Made by a program: the position numbers and the translations under genes. A stretch of DNA of 64,000 bases, from contig CAZYCQ010000009.1 in assembly GCA_964645535.1 (NCBI GenBank), positions 6,536-70,535 of the forward strand. Reading direction: 5' to 3'. Of the stretch, positions 42,953 to 53,357 are shown in pieces (the stretch's first letter is position 1; every line of letters begins with the position of its first letter). The stretch is from an uncultured archaeon (GTDB taxonomy: Archaea > Asgardarchaeota > Heimdallarchaeia > Heimdallarchaeales > Kariarchaeaceae). The notes beneath the pieces are model-generated. The model ran no database searches and was not told the DNA's origin. It saw nothing but the letters and a program-made list of their open reading frames with translations.

Positions 42953-44344
42953 TTACTTTACAACAACATTGATGTTCTCGAAGTCAATCTTTTCTCCTAT
43001 CTTGAGAATGCCATACTTTCCATCATGTCCTGGAGGATCAAAAGAGAAATTTCCTCTCTTCACTTCAATAATTAACTCAATAAGCCTTTCTGGAATGTCC
43101 ATGGCTCTAATTTGCTTTTCATCCAATATCCACAGAGCCACTTCGGTTCCAACATGGGAAATTATCTGATAGTACAATGATTTTGATTTTTTGGATGTTA
43201 TGGATTTTATGCCCAAGAAAAAAGCAATAATTTCTATCAGGGGAACCATGGTCACGAATTTTCTTTTGGTTGCAATTTCTGCCAGTTCACGAGTCTCTCC
43301 TTGCTGACGTGCGATTTCATATGACCTGTTCAGAACTCCCTTTGTCAGTTGTTTTCCACAGATTGGACAGATATTCCCCCTTGGGGTAAATTTTGGTGAA
43401 AAGTAACAATACTGACCTTTCAGATGTAGATATGGATGTTTCCGATTGTCCCGATGACCAGAAAGGAAATACCTCCCCTCTGTCGGATCAAACTCTCCAG
43501 TAAACTCAATGGAATTTTTTCTGATAGCTTCAGTCAAAGCACCAAAACTTAATCTTGAAGTTCTAATGGTGGTGAATTCCCTTCCGATTTTGTTCAATCC
43601 TGAAGAGTGTGCATCTGCATTGGAGATAAAGGTCTTGGATCTTAATTCAGGAATAAAATCCAGGATCAATGGGTCTGCACTCAATCCCGTTTCGATTGCA
43701 TGGATCCGTTCTGTAGATTCCCCAAAAAATTCTGAAAGGAAATTGACACCGTTATTCCCTCCATAAACGCCTTCAGGTGTCATTACATGTGCCGGTATCA
43801 GTTCCACCATTTCATCAATGTCCAAAATCGCATTTACCCTTTCTCCAACCTGCTCACTGTTTTCACATACCACAAAAGGTCTTGCCATGTTCTGATGTTT
43901 TGTTTCCCATTTCTCAAGAAGCAGGACGAACTGATCTACCGTTTCGAATGTCGGAAAGAGAATCAATGCATGAGCTTTTTTTCTCCCTTTCCCATTTTTT
44001 GGAGGTGCAGTCAAAATGATTTCCGTCTGAAGAACATATTTTGGTCTTTCATAATCTTTCCAGTTCCAATCGACCTTCATTTCATTGATATGTTTCACTA
44101 TTTCACTTTCAGAAATGGCGAATTCAAACAATCCATCATCTGTTTCATCTAGGTGTTTTTTCAAAAATGCATTCCATGGATCGAATTGACAATCTCCTGT
44201 ACCCAGGATATTAATCCCCTTCAAAGGGGAAAAAACAGCAGCATCGAGGAACCTTTTGAATATCCTTTTCTCTTTTTCCTTTTCTCCTACTCCTGCCCCT
44301 CCTGCATAACCGGAATGTGTATGTAAATCGAATGTGAGGTTCAC
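42953..44344 (-). CDS. Endonuclease-Q-like PHP-domain protein
   Basis: DLHTHSGYAGG, GINILGTGDCQFDPW, ETGLSADP, SNADAHSSGLNKIGREF, zinc finger CPICGKQLTKGV, PLIEIIAF, PPGHDGKYG. This is the same motif order as I remember for archaeal EndoQ. Confidence 0.7.
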   Translation of the reverse strand: MNLTFDLHTHSGYAGGAGVGEKEKEKRIFKRFLDAAVFSPLKGINILGTGDCQFDPWNAFLKKHLDETDDGLFEFAISESEIVKHINEMKVDWNWKDYERPKYVLQTEIILTAPPKNGKGRKKAHALILFPTFETVDQFVLLLEKWETKHQNMARPFVVCENSEQVGERVNAILDIDEMVELIPAHVMTPEGVYGGNNGVNFLSEFFGESTERIHAIETGLSADPLILDFIPELRSKTFISNADAHSSGLNKIGREFTTIRTSRLSFGALTEAIRKNSIEFTGEFDPTEGRYFLSGHRDNRKHPYLHLKGQYCYFSPKFTPRGNICPICGKQLTKGVLNRSYEIARQQGETRELAEIATKRKFVTMVPLIEIIAFFLGIKSITSKKSKSLYYQIISHVGTEVALWILDEKQIRAMDIPERLIELIIEVKRGNFSFDPPGHDGKYGILKIGEKIDFENINVVVK

Positions 44345-44393
44345 AAGCAGTCAATTCTTGGTTAGGTTAAGAAGTTGATTTTGCCAACCTATT

Positions 44394-44774
44394 TTATCCA
44401 CAGCATCCTGCATCCCCACTGCAACTTCCACATGCTGCACCAGCCGCGGCAGCAAGTAAATCTGCATTGGGACTGCTGATTGAAAATCCGGATTTTTCGC
44501 CTTCTGTGTAGGACACTGAAGCGCCCTTCAAGTATGGGAATGATATGTGGTCAATCACCACTTCAATCCCTGATTCATGGATTTCATGATGGTCATCCGA
44601 ATTTTTGCGGGTATCAAGTGCCATTCCAAAAGAAAGACCTGCTCCACTTGGTTGGACAAATAACCTCAAATATAGGTTTTTGTTTTCCTGTTGGGCGATT
44701 ACCTGTTTTATCATTTCAACAGCCTTATCGCTTATTGTAACACCTGGTTTTTCAAGTACTTCCAAATCAGACAT
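44394..44774 (-). CDS. HesB/IscA-family Fe-S assembly protein with atypical Cys-rich tail
   Basis: ITDKAVEMIKQVI...LRLFVQPSGAGLSFGMALD...GIEVVIDHISFPYLKGASVSY. The tail is AACGSCSGDAGCCG. Confidence 0.75.
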   Translation of the reverse strand: MSDLEVLEKPGVTISDKAVEMIKQVIAQQENKNLYLRLFVQPSGAGLSFGMALDTRKNSDDHHEIHESGIEVVIDHISFPYLKGASVSYTEGEKSGFSISSPNADLLAAAAGAACGSCSGDAGCCG

Positions 44775-44903
44775 CTAATTACCTTTGCATTATTAAAGTT
44801 AAAAAACACATCGATAGCCGAAATTATTGTATCCCTTTCTCTCTTCTATTCATTACAATTGGGATGGCAACAGTTAAATTAAAAATAAGGCTAATAAAGT
44901 TAG

Positions 44904-46022
44904 ATGAGTGAAAAAGACCTTTTTGCGGATCTGAAACATTCACTTGAGCATGCAAAAGATACTATTCTTGATGTTGAGCATCAACGACAAATTAGATTGA
45001 GCATGGTCATTACCGATGGAAGAGATGACTTCTTGGTACGATATGAGGAAATGGATCGATTGGCGGAAAAACTGAAATCTGAAGTTGTGCGGGTTTATCT
45101 ATACGAACTCGAATCAACTTTATTGAAAGACATCATATCCCACACAAATGAAATTGAAGAATCCCCAGAATCTTTAGAAAAAAAGGAACAACAAATCATT
45201 CAGGCACTACAGGATCATTCTGCAAAAATCAAGGAACTAAAGCAACAAAACTCATTAATTCTTTTGGAAGATGGATTCAAGAACCTACTGTTTAGAATCA
45301 AGGATGTTCGAAAGAAGGATGTTGATGTGGAAACTTTAGAAAAAGAAGATATTTTTGCGCTCACCGATTTCTTCCTTGAAGATTACAGCAACCGGGAAGA
45401 TAAGCTCTCAACTGCCCTAAAAACATTGATCAAAGAAAAGGATCCCCAATTGATATACTGCAAACCCCCATTACTTCGAAACAGAGATGGCAATGAAACG
45501 GATCCATTTGGAAAATTGGAAAAATCAATTCTCTCATCAAAATCGGATGGATCTTGGGTATATTTTGAAGGAAACAAACCATTAAAAGAAATCCAAAAAG
45601 TTGCTTGCCTGATTTTTGGGGGACAGGATGAGGTTGCCCTTTTAAGGAATGCACAAGCCCTTCTTAGTGTATTCAATAACCCATCCTCCACTCTTGAAAT
45701 CCATTTCATCGGCCTAGTACCCCAAAAACAATTGAAGATGGCCATGATGGTTTCAGAAGCGGATGAGAATGAAGTTAGAAAGAAAATCGAGATCAAAATG
45801 AAAGACCAATTCAGAAGATTACGTATACAAGGAAAGGTTCCTGAAATCTCAATCAAATTTGGAGAAATAGAAGAAGACCTCCTCAAAATCATGCGTGAAA
45901 AAGAGGTCGAGATGGTTTTTGTCTACCCCAAAGTCACATCTGAGGACAGTTATGACGAGAATGCAGCAGATGCAACCAAAATTTTGCTATCTGAAGGAAT
46001 CTCGCTCTTCCTCACTTACTAG
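44904..46022 (+). CDS. hypothetical protein, coiled-coil N-half and possible USP-like C-half
   Basis: No strong motif. The C-terminal ~150 aa (VACLIFGGQDEVALL...EVEMVFVYPK) is reminiscent of an Usp/adenine-nucleotide alpha-hydrolase fold. Confidence 0.4.
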   Translation: MSEKDLFADLKHSLEHAKDTILDVEHQRQIRLSMVITDGRDDFLVRYEEMDRLAEKLKSEVVRVYLYELESTLLKDIISHTNEIEESPESLEKKEQQIIQALQDHSAKIKELKQQNSLILLEDGFKNLLFRIKDVRKKDVDVETLEKEDIFALTDFFLEDYSNREDKLSTALKTLIKEKDPQLIYCKPPLLRNRDGNETDPFGKLEKSILSSKSDGSWVYFEGNKPLKEIQKVACLIFGGQDEVALLRNAQALLSVFNNPSSTLEIHFIGLVPQKQLKMAMMVSEADENEVRKKIEIKMKDQFRRLRIQGKVPEISIKFGEIEEDLLKIMREKEVEMVFVYPKVTSEDSYDENAADATKILLSEGISLFLTY

Positions 46023-46024
46023 GG

Positions 46025-47380
46025 GTGATGACCATGAGTACAGAGGAGCTCAATTATTTCAACATAGTCGTCATGCTTGTCATCTTTGTCATCACATATT
46101 ACCTGATAATCAAAAAGTCCTTTGACAAAAATATAGCTGCTGCTTTAGGTGCTCTTACCGCTCTTGTTGCAGGAGAGATTCTGTCTGCTTTTGATCAAGA
46201 GGAATTTCTTGCGGTGGATCTTGGTCATGATTATCTGATATTGGCAATCCTTTTGGGAAACCTGTTGATGGTTGTTGTAGCTTCCGAAGTGGGTCTTTTC
46301 CAATTCATTTCCATTAAATTGCTGAAAGCAACCAAAGGAGACCCTCGATATCTTTATTTTTCTTTGGGTACACTTACTCTTCTTTTGTCATCGCTTGTCA
46401 ATACCATCCCTGCAATTCTTGTTGTAGGGGCGTTGACCATCGTGGCATGTTCTGAACTTAATTACAACCCTCGTCCTTTTATCCTGATGGAGATCGTCGT
46501 TACAAATACCGGTGGATTGACCACTTTGATCTCTGCAATAACCAACCTGATAATTGCAATTCCCTTTGGAATTGCCTTTATTAGGTTCACAGTAATTGCA
46601 GGACCTCTTGCAATGATATTGTTTGTTATCAGCATGGTGTTCATGTATTATGCCGTCCCCATAGAGAAAGGAATGGATCCGAAAAAACGTATGGAGAAAA
46701 TCAATTCATTCAACGAATGGAGTGTAATCGATGATAAGGTAAAATTCTATAAAACCTCTGCCGTGTTTGCTCTTTCCATGTTGATGTTACTCCTTTCGGA
46801 TACCATTGGCTTTAGCATCGCTGTGATTTCTGTCGGTGGTGGCTTGCTTATGATGTATGCCTCTGGGAAAAAATTCGAGCAGGTGCTTCCAAAGGTAGAT
46901 TGGACATTACTGACATTCTTTGCGTCTCTTTTTGTGCTGATCAAAGTATTGGAAATTGTCGGTGTTCTTCGGATCTTGGCGGAAGTTCTTGTTTTTTTCC
47001 TTGGATCCAACAATTTGATTGCAAGTTTGATTCTCCTCTTATTCAGTACCATAATTAGTGGGGTTCTAGATAATGTGGTTTTGGCAGTGACTCTAACTCC
47101 AATTATCCAAGACATTGCCGCTACTACTTCGCTTGATGCAGGTCCATTGGTTTGGGCCTTGATTATAGGCACGAACCTTGGCGGTGGGTTGACACCAATT
47201 GGAGCTCCTCCCTGTGTTTTAGGTTTGGGAATACTGCAACGTGAAACAGGACAAAAGGTCGGTTGGGGTGAATTTTTCAAGACTGTGGGAATGGCCACCA
47301 TTATCAGATTGGTTGTTGCAGCAATTTATCTTGCCATCCTAGTCTTTTTGGTTGACCCTCATTTTCTTTCTCCTGTTTAA
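46025..47380 (+). CDS. ArsB/NhaD-superfamily anion/ion permease
   Basis: About 11-12 TM, internal duplication, GGLTTLISAITNLI and NLGGGLTPIGAPP hairpin-like motifs. GTG/ATG start 2-5 nt after the upstream stop. Confidence 0.65.
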   Translation: MMTMSTEELNYFNIVVMLVIFVITYYLIIKKSFDKNIAAALGALTALVAGEILSAFDQEEFLAVDLGHDYLILAILLGNLLMVVVASEVGLFQFISIKLLKATKGDPRYLYFSLGTLTLLLSSLVNTIPAILVVGALTIVACSELNYNPRPFILMEIVVTNTGGLTTLISAITNLIIAIPFGIAFIRFTVIAGPLAMILFVISMVFMYYAVPIEKGMDPKKRMEKINSFNEWSVIDDKVKFYKTSAVFALSMLMLLLSDTIGFSIAVISVGGGLLMMYASGKKFEQVLPKVDWTLLTFFASLFVLIKVLEIVGVLRILAEVLVFFLGSNNLIASLILLLFSTIISGVLDNVVLAVTLTPIIQDIAATTSLDAGPLVWALIIGTNLGGGLTPIGAPPCVLGLGILQRETGQKVGWGEFFKTVGMATIIRLVVAAIYLAILVFLVDPHFLSPV

Positions 47381-47424
47381 GTATTCGTCTAATCATTTTT
47401 GAACTCAAAAAAAATCCCTGATTC

Positions 47425-48015
47425 ATGGCTTGGTATGATGATTGGTTTTTTGAAATTGTCCATGCTCTGAATCTTCATAAACCCCCTCTCTCCTCAATCT
47501 TTCTCATTTTTGTTTCCATATTCATCAGCTTTTTCTCTGCTGGGGTCACAAGACTCCTCATCAACACAAAGGAATTGAATCGCCTTCAAACATTACTGAA
47601 GGAATTCAATGAACGAAAATCAAAGGCAATTCGAGAAAAAGACCCCAAACTCTGGATATCTGTCAAATACCATGAGGCAGATATGACAGAGGTACAGCAA
47701 TCAATGATGATGAAACAGATCATTCCTCAGATCATCATTTCAGTGACATTTATCGTATTCTTCGGTATACTTCGTCGATCAATGGGTGATCCCTCTCTCA
47801 ATCTAACTCCTGATAGAGGAGGAATTGTAGCGATTTTGCCATTTAGAATCCCCTCCTCAATCCCTTTAATCGGTGGATGGTTCAGTCAATATGCAAATGA
47901 TCCAAATCTAAGTGCGGCTGGATTTGGTTTTTGGTATTTCCTCAGTGCTATTTTTACATCTTTTCTTCTCACAAGAATCTTCGGCATCAATCCAAGACGA
48001 CAAATGGGAATGTAA
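47425..48015 (+). CDS. DUF106 / archaeal YidC-like (EMC3/Get1/TMCO1-related) insertase
   Basis: TM1, a basic coiled-coil hairpin (ELNRLQTLLKEFNERKSKAIREKDPK...), then MMKQIIPQIIISVTFIVFFGIL and a third TM. About 196 aa. Confidence 0.6.
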   Translation: MAWYDDWFFEIVHALNLHKPPLSSIFLIFVSIFISFFSAGVTRLLINTKELNRLQTLLKEFNERKSKAIREKDPKLWISVKYHEADMTEVQQSMMMKQIIPQIIISVTFIVFFGILRRSMGDPSLNLTPDRGGIVAILPFRIPSSIPLIGGWFSQYANDPNLSAAGFGFWYFLSAIFTSFLLTRIFGINPRRQMGM

Positions 48016-48147
48016 TCCTGGTTTCCAAAATGTTTAAACACGTTAATTTTTATCAATACCGCTTTAACTGATCTCAAAAAACTTCTTTTCCATTTCTATT
48101 CTGACTTTTTATTTAATGTGTAATCTTTTTTTCCTAATTTTCAAAAC

Positions 48148-49434
48148 ATGATCGAAATATTTTTATTTTTTTTTTCGTACTCCTTTATGCAACTTCGAGT
48201 TGTAAATCTATCATTGTTGATCATAATGCTTTTCGCACCCCAATTCTTTCTGAATATATCGACCATCCTTTCTGTTCCTTCAGGAAGTGAAGTCCTAGGT
48301 TACGTTGGAACTGCCGCAAATTCACAAACAGTGCTGTCTTGCAATGACGAAGCTCTTGTGTTTGTTGAATGTCAAGGTTGGCAACTGCACATTCCTTCTG
48401 ATTATGATTATAGAGGAACAGTTGTAGTTATAGATGATGGTCTTTCGATTGATCAATGGAAAAAATTGGAAAATGGATATTTTGGTTTCCAAGTCGACAT
48501 TGTTAGGTATGTGACCCCTGATGTAAATGGATTTCCAATTTCCTTTGGGGATTATGGGGATGATTCTTTGACTGGATTGGACAACAGCGATCTTGGTTAT
48601 TTCTCACCTAACGGAGTTGGTCAGGATCACGGATTTGCAGTTATTAGTGCATTAGCTACAATTGTTCCAAATGTAAAGATAATTTTTGTTAATGCACAAA
48701 TCCGTTATGGTGAAATTGTTGGAGAAGGATTTCAAATAGATCGGGATGTAGGAATCTGGACTTGGTTAAGAGACAATGCCAATGTTTTTGACATTGATGT
48801 TATTACTATATCTTTGAATTCTGGGACTTCAAATGCCGTGGTTTCCTCAAGAATTGAGGATCTTTATGCTAAGGGTATTTTCATGATTTCATCTATTGGC
48901 AACGAAGGCATATATCAAGGGAATGTTTTTCCTCAATCCCATTCCAAAATCTATGCTGTAGGTTCAGTAGATCACGAAGATAGAGGAACTACTTCGGATC
49001 CGGACAAATATTCAAAAGAAGGTTTCTATTCCGGTTTTGCGGTTTCTTCTGATCTTTATTCGTCCTATGGAGGACCATATGCCTCCCGTGCTGATTCACT
49101 TGATTTTACAATGCCCGGCAACGGAGTTCCTATTGTCAGTTACAATCAAAATCAATGGGTATATGGTGTAGGAACAAGTTTTAGTGCTCCCTACCTTGCA
49201 GCAGCTGCCCTGATTGCTGTGTATGCATATAATCAAGGGTATCTGTCTGCTGGAGGTGTATTTTCAGATCCTTCAGCCGCTACTATTTATTCAATTCTTA
49301 AATCGGTTTCATCCCAAAATCGATATGATTCAAACAACGGTTGGGGGTATGTTACGTTTTTATCTGTCTATAACCAAGCTTATTCTGAAGGATACGGCAG
49401 CATCACCTGTGGTTCTTCATTTTGCTTATTTTAG
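48148..49434 (+). CDS. secreted subtilisin-like (S8) serine protease
   Basis: Catalytic triad contexts VVVIDDGL (Asp), DHGFAVISAL (His) and GTSFSAPYLAAAALI (Ser). Hydrophobic N-terminus. Confidence 0.7.
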   Translation: MIEIFLFFFSYSFMQLRVVNLSLLIIMLFAPQFFLNISTILSVPSGSEVLGYVGTAANSQTVLSCNDEALVFVECQGWQLHIPSDYDYRGTVVVIDDGLSIDQWKKLENGYFGFQVDIVRYVTPDVNGFPISFGDYGDDSLTGLDNSDLGYFSPNGVGQDHGFAVISALATIVPNVKIIFVNAQIRYGEIVGEGFQIDRDVGIWTWLRDNANVFDIDVITISLNSGTSNAVVSSRIEDLYAKGIFMISSIGNEGIYQGNVFPQSHSKIYAVGSVDHEDRGTTSDPDKYSKEGFYSGFAVSSDLYSSYGGPYASRADSLDFTMPGNGVPIVSYNQNQWVYGVGTSFSAPYLAAAALIAVYAYNQGYLSAGGVFSDPSAATIYSILKSVSSQNRYDSNNGWGYVTFLSVYNQAYSEGYGSITCGSSFCLF

Positions 49435-49445
49435 GAGGAAAGCGC

Positions 49446-50255
49446 ATGAGGTCAAAACTATATTTTTCAATCATTTTGCTAATATCCCTTCTTACAGGGT
49501 CTGCTTTTGCATCAAATCATTATATCAACACCTATGAATTTACTTTGGCAGATCAAGGATATGCTGAATTAATATACCGTGCAGAGATACTTTTCCCTGA
49601 ATCATCATTTTGCGAATATTTGTCAATAAATTTAAAAAATACAACCAATTTCCCTGTTGATGTTTCATATAATGATTTTGTCATGGTTATTCTTTATGAC
49701 GAAAATAGCATTCCCTATGAAAATGCTGACTATTATGAAAATAGAACCGACGCATTGGTATTTCGTCATCGATCATATTTCAATATAACTTACGAAGGTG
49801 TTGAACCTGATCAAAAAGAAACTATCTTTATTTCACCAAATATTGAAGGGGGTATTCCTTTTCCTTATTCCCTACTTCCAAACGGATCAATTCCCTATTA
49901 TGGTCTCTGGAGATACAGATCTGGACTGCTAAATAATGCTGCAAATAGGGATTATGTCAATTCCAATGTCTCACTGTATCCTACATGTATCGAAAATATC
50001 GAAGAAAATCCTTATGGACAATTCAACTCTGTAAATGATGATCCATTTACCTTTAAAATTGTATTGTATTACTTAAATTCTCCTTCCGTCAATGTCAATC
50101 TAGAAATCCATCATACTGCATATGGTGTTACAGCAGAGACATCCACTCCTACCTCTACGATTGATGGACTTCCAATTCTTTTTGACACAGTCTTCCTTCT
50201 CTATTTCCCAGCACTTGTCTTGACAAAAAGAAAATTTGCCAATGAAAAGAGATAG
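49446..50255 (+). CDS. secreted protein with C-terminal TM + basic tail, unknown function
   Basis: ATG 49446 preceded by AGGAGG. Signal peptide MRSKLYFSIILLISLLTGSAFA. Tail GLPILFDTVFLLYFPALVLTKRKFANEKR. Confidence 0.5.
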   Translation: MRSKLYFSIILLISLLTGSAFASNHYINTYEFTLADQGYAELIYRAEILFPESSFCEYLSINLKNTTNFPVDVSYNDFVMVILYDENSIPYENADYYENRTDALVFRHRSYFNITYEGVEPDQKETIFISPNIEGGIPFPYSLLPNGSIPYYGLWRYRSGLLNNAANRDYVNSNVSLYPTCIENIEENPYGQFNSVNDDPFTFKIVLYYLNSPSVNVNLEIHHTAYGVTAETSTPTSTIDGLPILFDTVFLLYFPALVLTKRKFANEKR

Positions 50256-50311
50256 ATAGATTCTTCTGAAAAAATATCTTATTTGCCTAAAAGATTATAA
50301 ACAATAAAATC

Positions 50312-51049
50312 ATGATTGAATACCTAATGGAAATTGTCCTTCAGTCACATTTCGTGAAGACGTCGAGTGGTGAATTCCATTTCAAAACTTTTGAAGACCT
50401 TGATGAGACAAAACCCTATGCCATTTTTATACATGGTGCACACAGGCAACTTCAAAATGCACTTTATTGGCAACCTCTTGCAGGCCGGATCAAGGAATCA
50501 TTTAACCCCTTTTTTGTGGATCTGCTAGGACATGGTGAATCAGAATTTCATGATTCTCCCAATCGCATTTCTCCCGAGCAGCAAATTATCGGTCTTTTGG
50601 AACTTATCATGCATCTTCAAACAACATATACTGTCGGCGCATTGACTTTGGTGGGTCGATCATATGGTGGTTACATTGCCATGAAAATTGCAGATGAGCT
50701 TCCCCATCGTATTAATGGACTTTTTCTGATCGCCCCGGCCGTCAATAGTGAAATCATTGCACTTTTGAATGGATGGAAAAATCCAGTTTCAGTATTTTGG
50801 GATTCCAAGGATCCTGTGGTGAATATCAGCAATTTCAGCTATATCCTGTCAGCACTTCCCCAAGCAAAATTATATGCTATTGGTTCCCCAGCTTCTTTCA
50901 ATACCTTCTCAAAGTATAAGGTCTATGAGCGTCCTGATGTTGCCGGTACGCATATTCCTGAACGTGAATTTCCAGATTATTTCTTTGATGCGTTAGAAGA
51001 GTTCAAAGATGATGTTCTTGAAAATTTGCTTGCAAGCAAACCTCAATGA
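50312..51049 (+). CDS. alpha/beta-fold hydrolase
   Basis: HGAH..., nucleophile elbow LVGRSYGG, late His (GTHIPE). Confidence 0.7.
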   Translation: MIEYLMEIVLQSHFVKTSSGEFHFKTFEDLDETKPYAIFIHGAHRQLQNALYWQPLAGRIKESFNPFFVDLLGHGESEFHDSPNRISPEQQIIGLLELIMHLQTTYTVGALTLVGRSYGGYIAMKIADELPHRINGLFLIAPAVNSEIIALLNGWKNPVSVFWDSKDPVVNISNFSYILSALPQAKLYAIGSPASFNTFSKYKVYERPDVAGTHIPEREFPDYFFDALEEFKDDVLENLLASKPQ

Positions 51050-51081
51050 TCTTTTTTGCGTATAACGCAGGTTAAGTGCAA

Positions 51082-52011
51082 TTATTTGGCATAAAGTGTT
51101 GATTTTTCAAAAGAGAAGTCTTGGGGTACGATGACCTGGAGGACATCCTTTTCGAGCTCCAATGTGACTGGCGTGATTCCTTTTAATTCCCCTTCAGATT
51201 CCACCAAGGTTGGTATTTCTGCATCAATTGTGACCTTGTTGCCCCATCCCATCCAAATATAATCTAATCCTATGTGTTTGGCTTTTGGAACCAAAGTCAA
51301 GGCCTTCAGGGCTTGCAGTTTGCTTGCTCCATGGAGGACTGCTATATTGATCCGATCTGAATTGAACCTAACCTCTGGAAGTATACGCATTCCTGAACCA
51401 AAGGTTTGGCCTAGCCCTGCCGCCAGAATCCTTGACTTGAATCGGTATTCTTTTTCATCAATGGTTACAATCAGTTCCCTTGGTTTGTACTTCATGAATT
51501 CCGATATGGCAAGAAGATAATATTTCATTAGGCCTGGAAGCCATTTCAACTTGGTTTGGCTGGCTTTGACAACTTTTGCCCCCCATCCCACGTCCGTCAC
51601 GTTAATTGAATAATAGGACTTGCTTTCAAGATCCACTCTGACGGCATTAATTGAAACTGTTTTTCCTTCGATGAAAATATCAATGGCTTTATCGACATTC
51701 GTAGGGATGTTCAGGGCACTGGCAAAGTCATTTCCACTTCCTGAGGGGATTAATCCCATTCGCATCCCGTATTTGATGGCAAAATTCGCAATGTGGTGCA
51801 TTGTTCCATCTCCTCCCACTGCCAACACTTCTGTGACTCCGTTCCCTTTTTCAGCAGCAATGGCTTCTTCAGCTTCATGGATTGATCTTGTTTCCCGAAA
51901 GACAAATGGTATCCTTTCACTTTCCAGTTTGGTAATTGCCTTCATTGCATTTTTTTTGCTTCTTCCTGCTCTTGCATTTGGATTATAGAGAACCAGAACT
52001 TTACGATCCAC
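51082..52011 (-). CDS. diacylglycerol-kinase-family lipid kinase (YegS/DagK-like)
   Basis: VLAVGGDGTMHHIAN, GLIPSGSGNDFA. Confidence 0.8.
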   Translation of the reverse strand: MDRKVLVLYNPNARAGRSKKNAMKAITKLESERIPFVFRETRSIHEAEEAIAAEKGNGVTEVLAVGGDGTMHHIANFAIKYGMRMGLIPSGSGNDFASALNIPTNVDKAIDIFIEGKTVSINAVRVDLESKSYYSINVTDVGWGAKVVKASQTKLKWLPGLMKYYLLAISEFMKYKPRELIVTIDEKEYRFKSRILAAGLGQTFGSGMRILPEVRFNSDRINIAVLHGASKLQALKALTLVPKAKHIGLDYIWMGWGNKVTIDAEIPTLVESEGELKGITPVTLELEKDVLQVIVPQDFSFEKSTLYAK

Positions 52012-52051
52012 TTGTCCTCATTCTTTCGCTGTTTGATGAATATTATGGAAG

Positions 52052-52504
52052 TTAAGCCAAAGCATTCCACCTATTGGTTGATTTAGTTATCAACTGAATG
52101 GCTTCATTAAGATCATTTATGGTGATCTGGGCTTTGAATTCTGGAGTAAGGAAAAACGTTCTCCGAAGACAAATTTTTCCAGATATTCCTTTTTTTAGAA
52201 CTCTGAAGACTTCCGCTAATCTTTCATTTTTGTCCTTGATTACGCGAAAAGGTAGTTCAAGCTCTTTTATTGCTTGTGGGATGTCTTCAAGTGTTACTGC
52301 GACAAGATCATAATTGTTTTGCACGATGGATGCATAGGAATTTCTCATATCTTCCAATTGGAATTTGGATACAGGTGTGTCAATATGTGGAAAGAAAGTT
52401 ACAAAAACTCCCTGACGCCCCTGCATTATCTCGTCAATGGGTTTCAAATCCACACCCTTCAGATCAATCTGGATTTGATTGCCCATCTCAACTTGTCCTT
52501 CCAC
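52052..52504 (-). CDS. peroxiredoxin/Bcp-like thioredoxin-fold protein lacking the peroxidatic Cys
   Basis: VFVTFFPHIDTPVSKFQL aligns with F(Y)P...TPVC/TPGCT, with Ser in the Cys position. ...RRTFFLTPE matches R.tfliD. Confidence 0.45.
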   Translation of the reverse strand: MEGQVEMGNQIQIDLKGVDLKPIDEIMQGRQGVFVTFFPHIDTPVSKFQLEDMRNSYASIVQNNYDLVAVTLEDIPQAIKELELPFRVIKDKNERLAEVFRVLKKGISGKICLRRTFFLTPEFKAQITINDLNEAIQLITKSTNRWNALA

Positions 52505-52598
52505 AATATTTATTCCTTAACCTTGCTTTTAAGGAATCAGATTTGTTCTAGCGTATTTTCCCTCCCATTGTCAACATTTGGTGCATGTTCCTCTTTTT

Positions 52599-53294
52599 TC
52601 AGGTGAGGGGAAGCGTTTTTGGTGCCTTGAATGATCTCAGGATTACTCTGAATGCTTCGGCATATTCCACATTTGCAATTCTTCCATAGGTTTTCATCAT
52701 GGTTTCCTTGAATTCCTTGACTGGCCATGTTCCATAGGCTTCCTGATAGATTTCAATAAATTTGTAGATTGTTTTTACCTTGTCTGTCACATCCACGTAA
52801 ACCATATGAGTCCATGGATCATTTGCCGGATCATGATACTGGAACAACGACATCTGTTCTCGCCATGGTTCATATGGAGAATCTTCTTTTCGGTATCTTG
52901 CATAATGCATCGCGTCATAGACCAATTTTGAACAGGCTCGATGGTCGGGATGTCCCGAACCATATCGTTCTGGAAGATTCCAAGTGATGATACCATGGGG
53001 ACGAATTTCCTTGATTTTTTCCGCGATTTCATATGCTCCATTGACACTTACTTCAACCCTTGAATCTGGGAAATCCATAAAATGTACCTTTACCCCCAAA
53101 AGGTCTTCTATCTTTTTCGTATGTTCAATTCTCTTCCGTGCACGATCTTCTGCGGTTCCTCCAAGAAATGAAGAGTTCTCTCCTTTTGTGAGGAACATGA
53201 GATGCACTTGGTCTCCACTTTCAACATGGTTTAGTAGAGTTCCTGCACATCCCAATTCATCATCTGGATGTGCAAAAATGGCTAAGAGGTTCAT
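52599..53294 (-). CDS. PIG-L/LmbE-family N-acetylglucosaminyl deacetylase
   Basis: LLAIFAHPDDELGCAG, GHPDH. Confidence 0.8.
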   Translation of the reverse strand: MNLLAIFAHPDDELGCAGTLLNHVESGDQVHLMFLTKGENSSFLGGTAEDRARKRIEHTKKIEDLLGVKVHFMDFPDSRVEVSVNGAYEIAEKIKEIRPHGIITWNLPERYGSGHPDHRACSKLVYDAMHYARYRKEDSPYEPWREQMSLFQYHDPANDPWTHMVYVDVTDKVKTIYKFIEIYQEAYGTWPVKEFKETMMKTYGRIANVEYAEAFRVILRSFKAPKTLPLT

Positions 53295-53357
53295 AGGGTA
53301 TCTTTCATATTCCCATTAATTGTGTTGCGATGTTCCTAAGGTTGGGATGGTGTTTGT

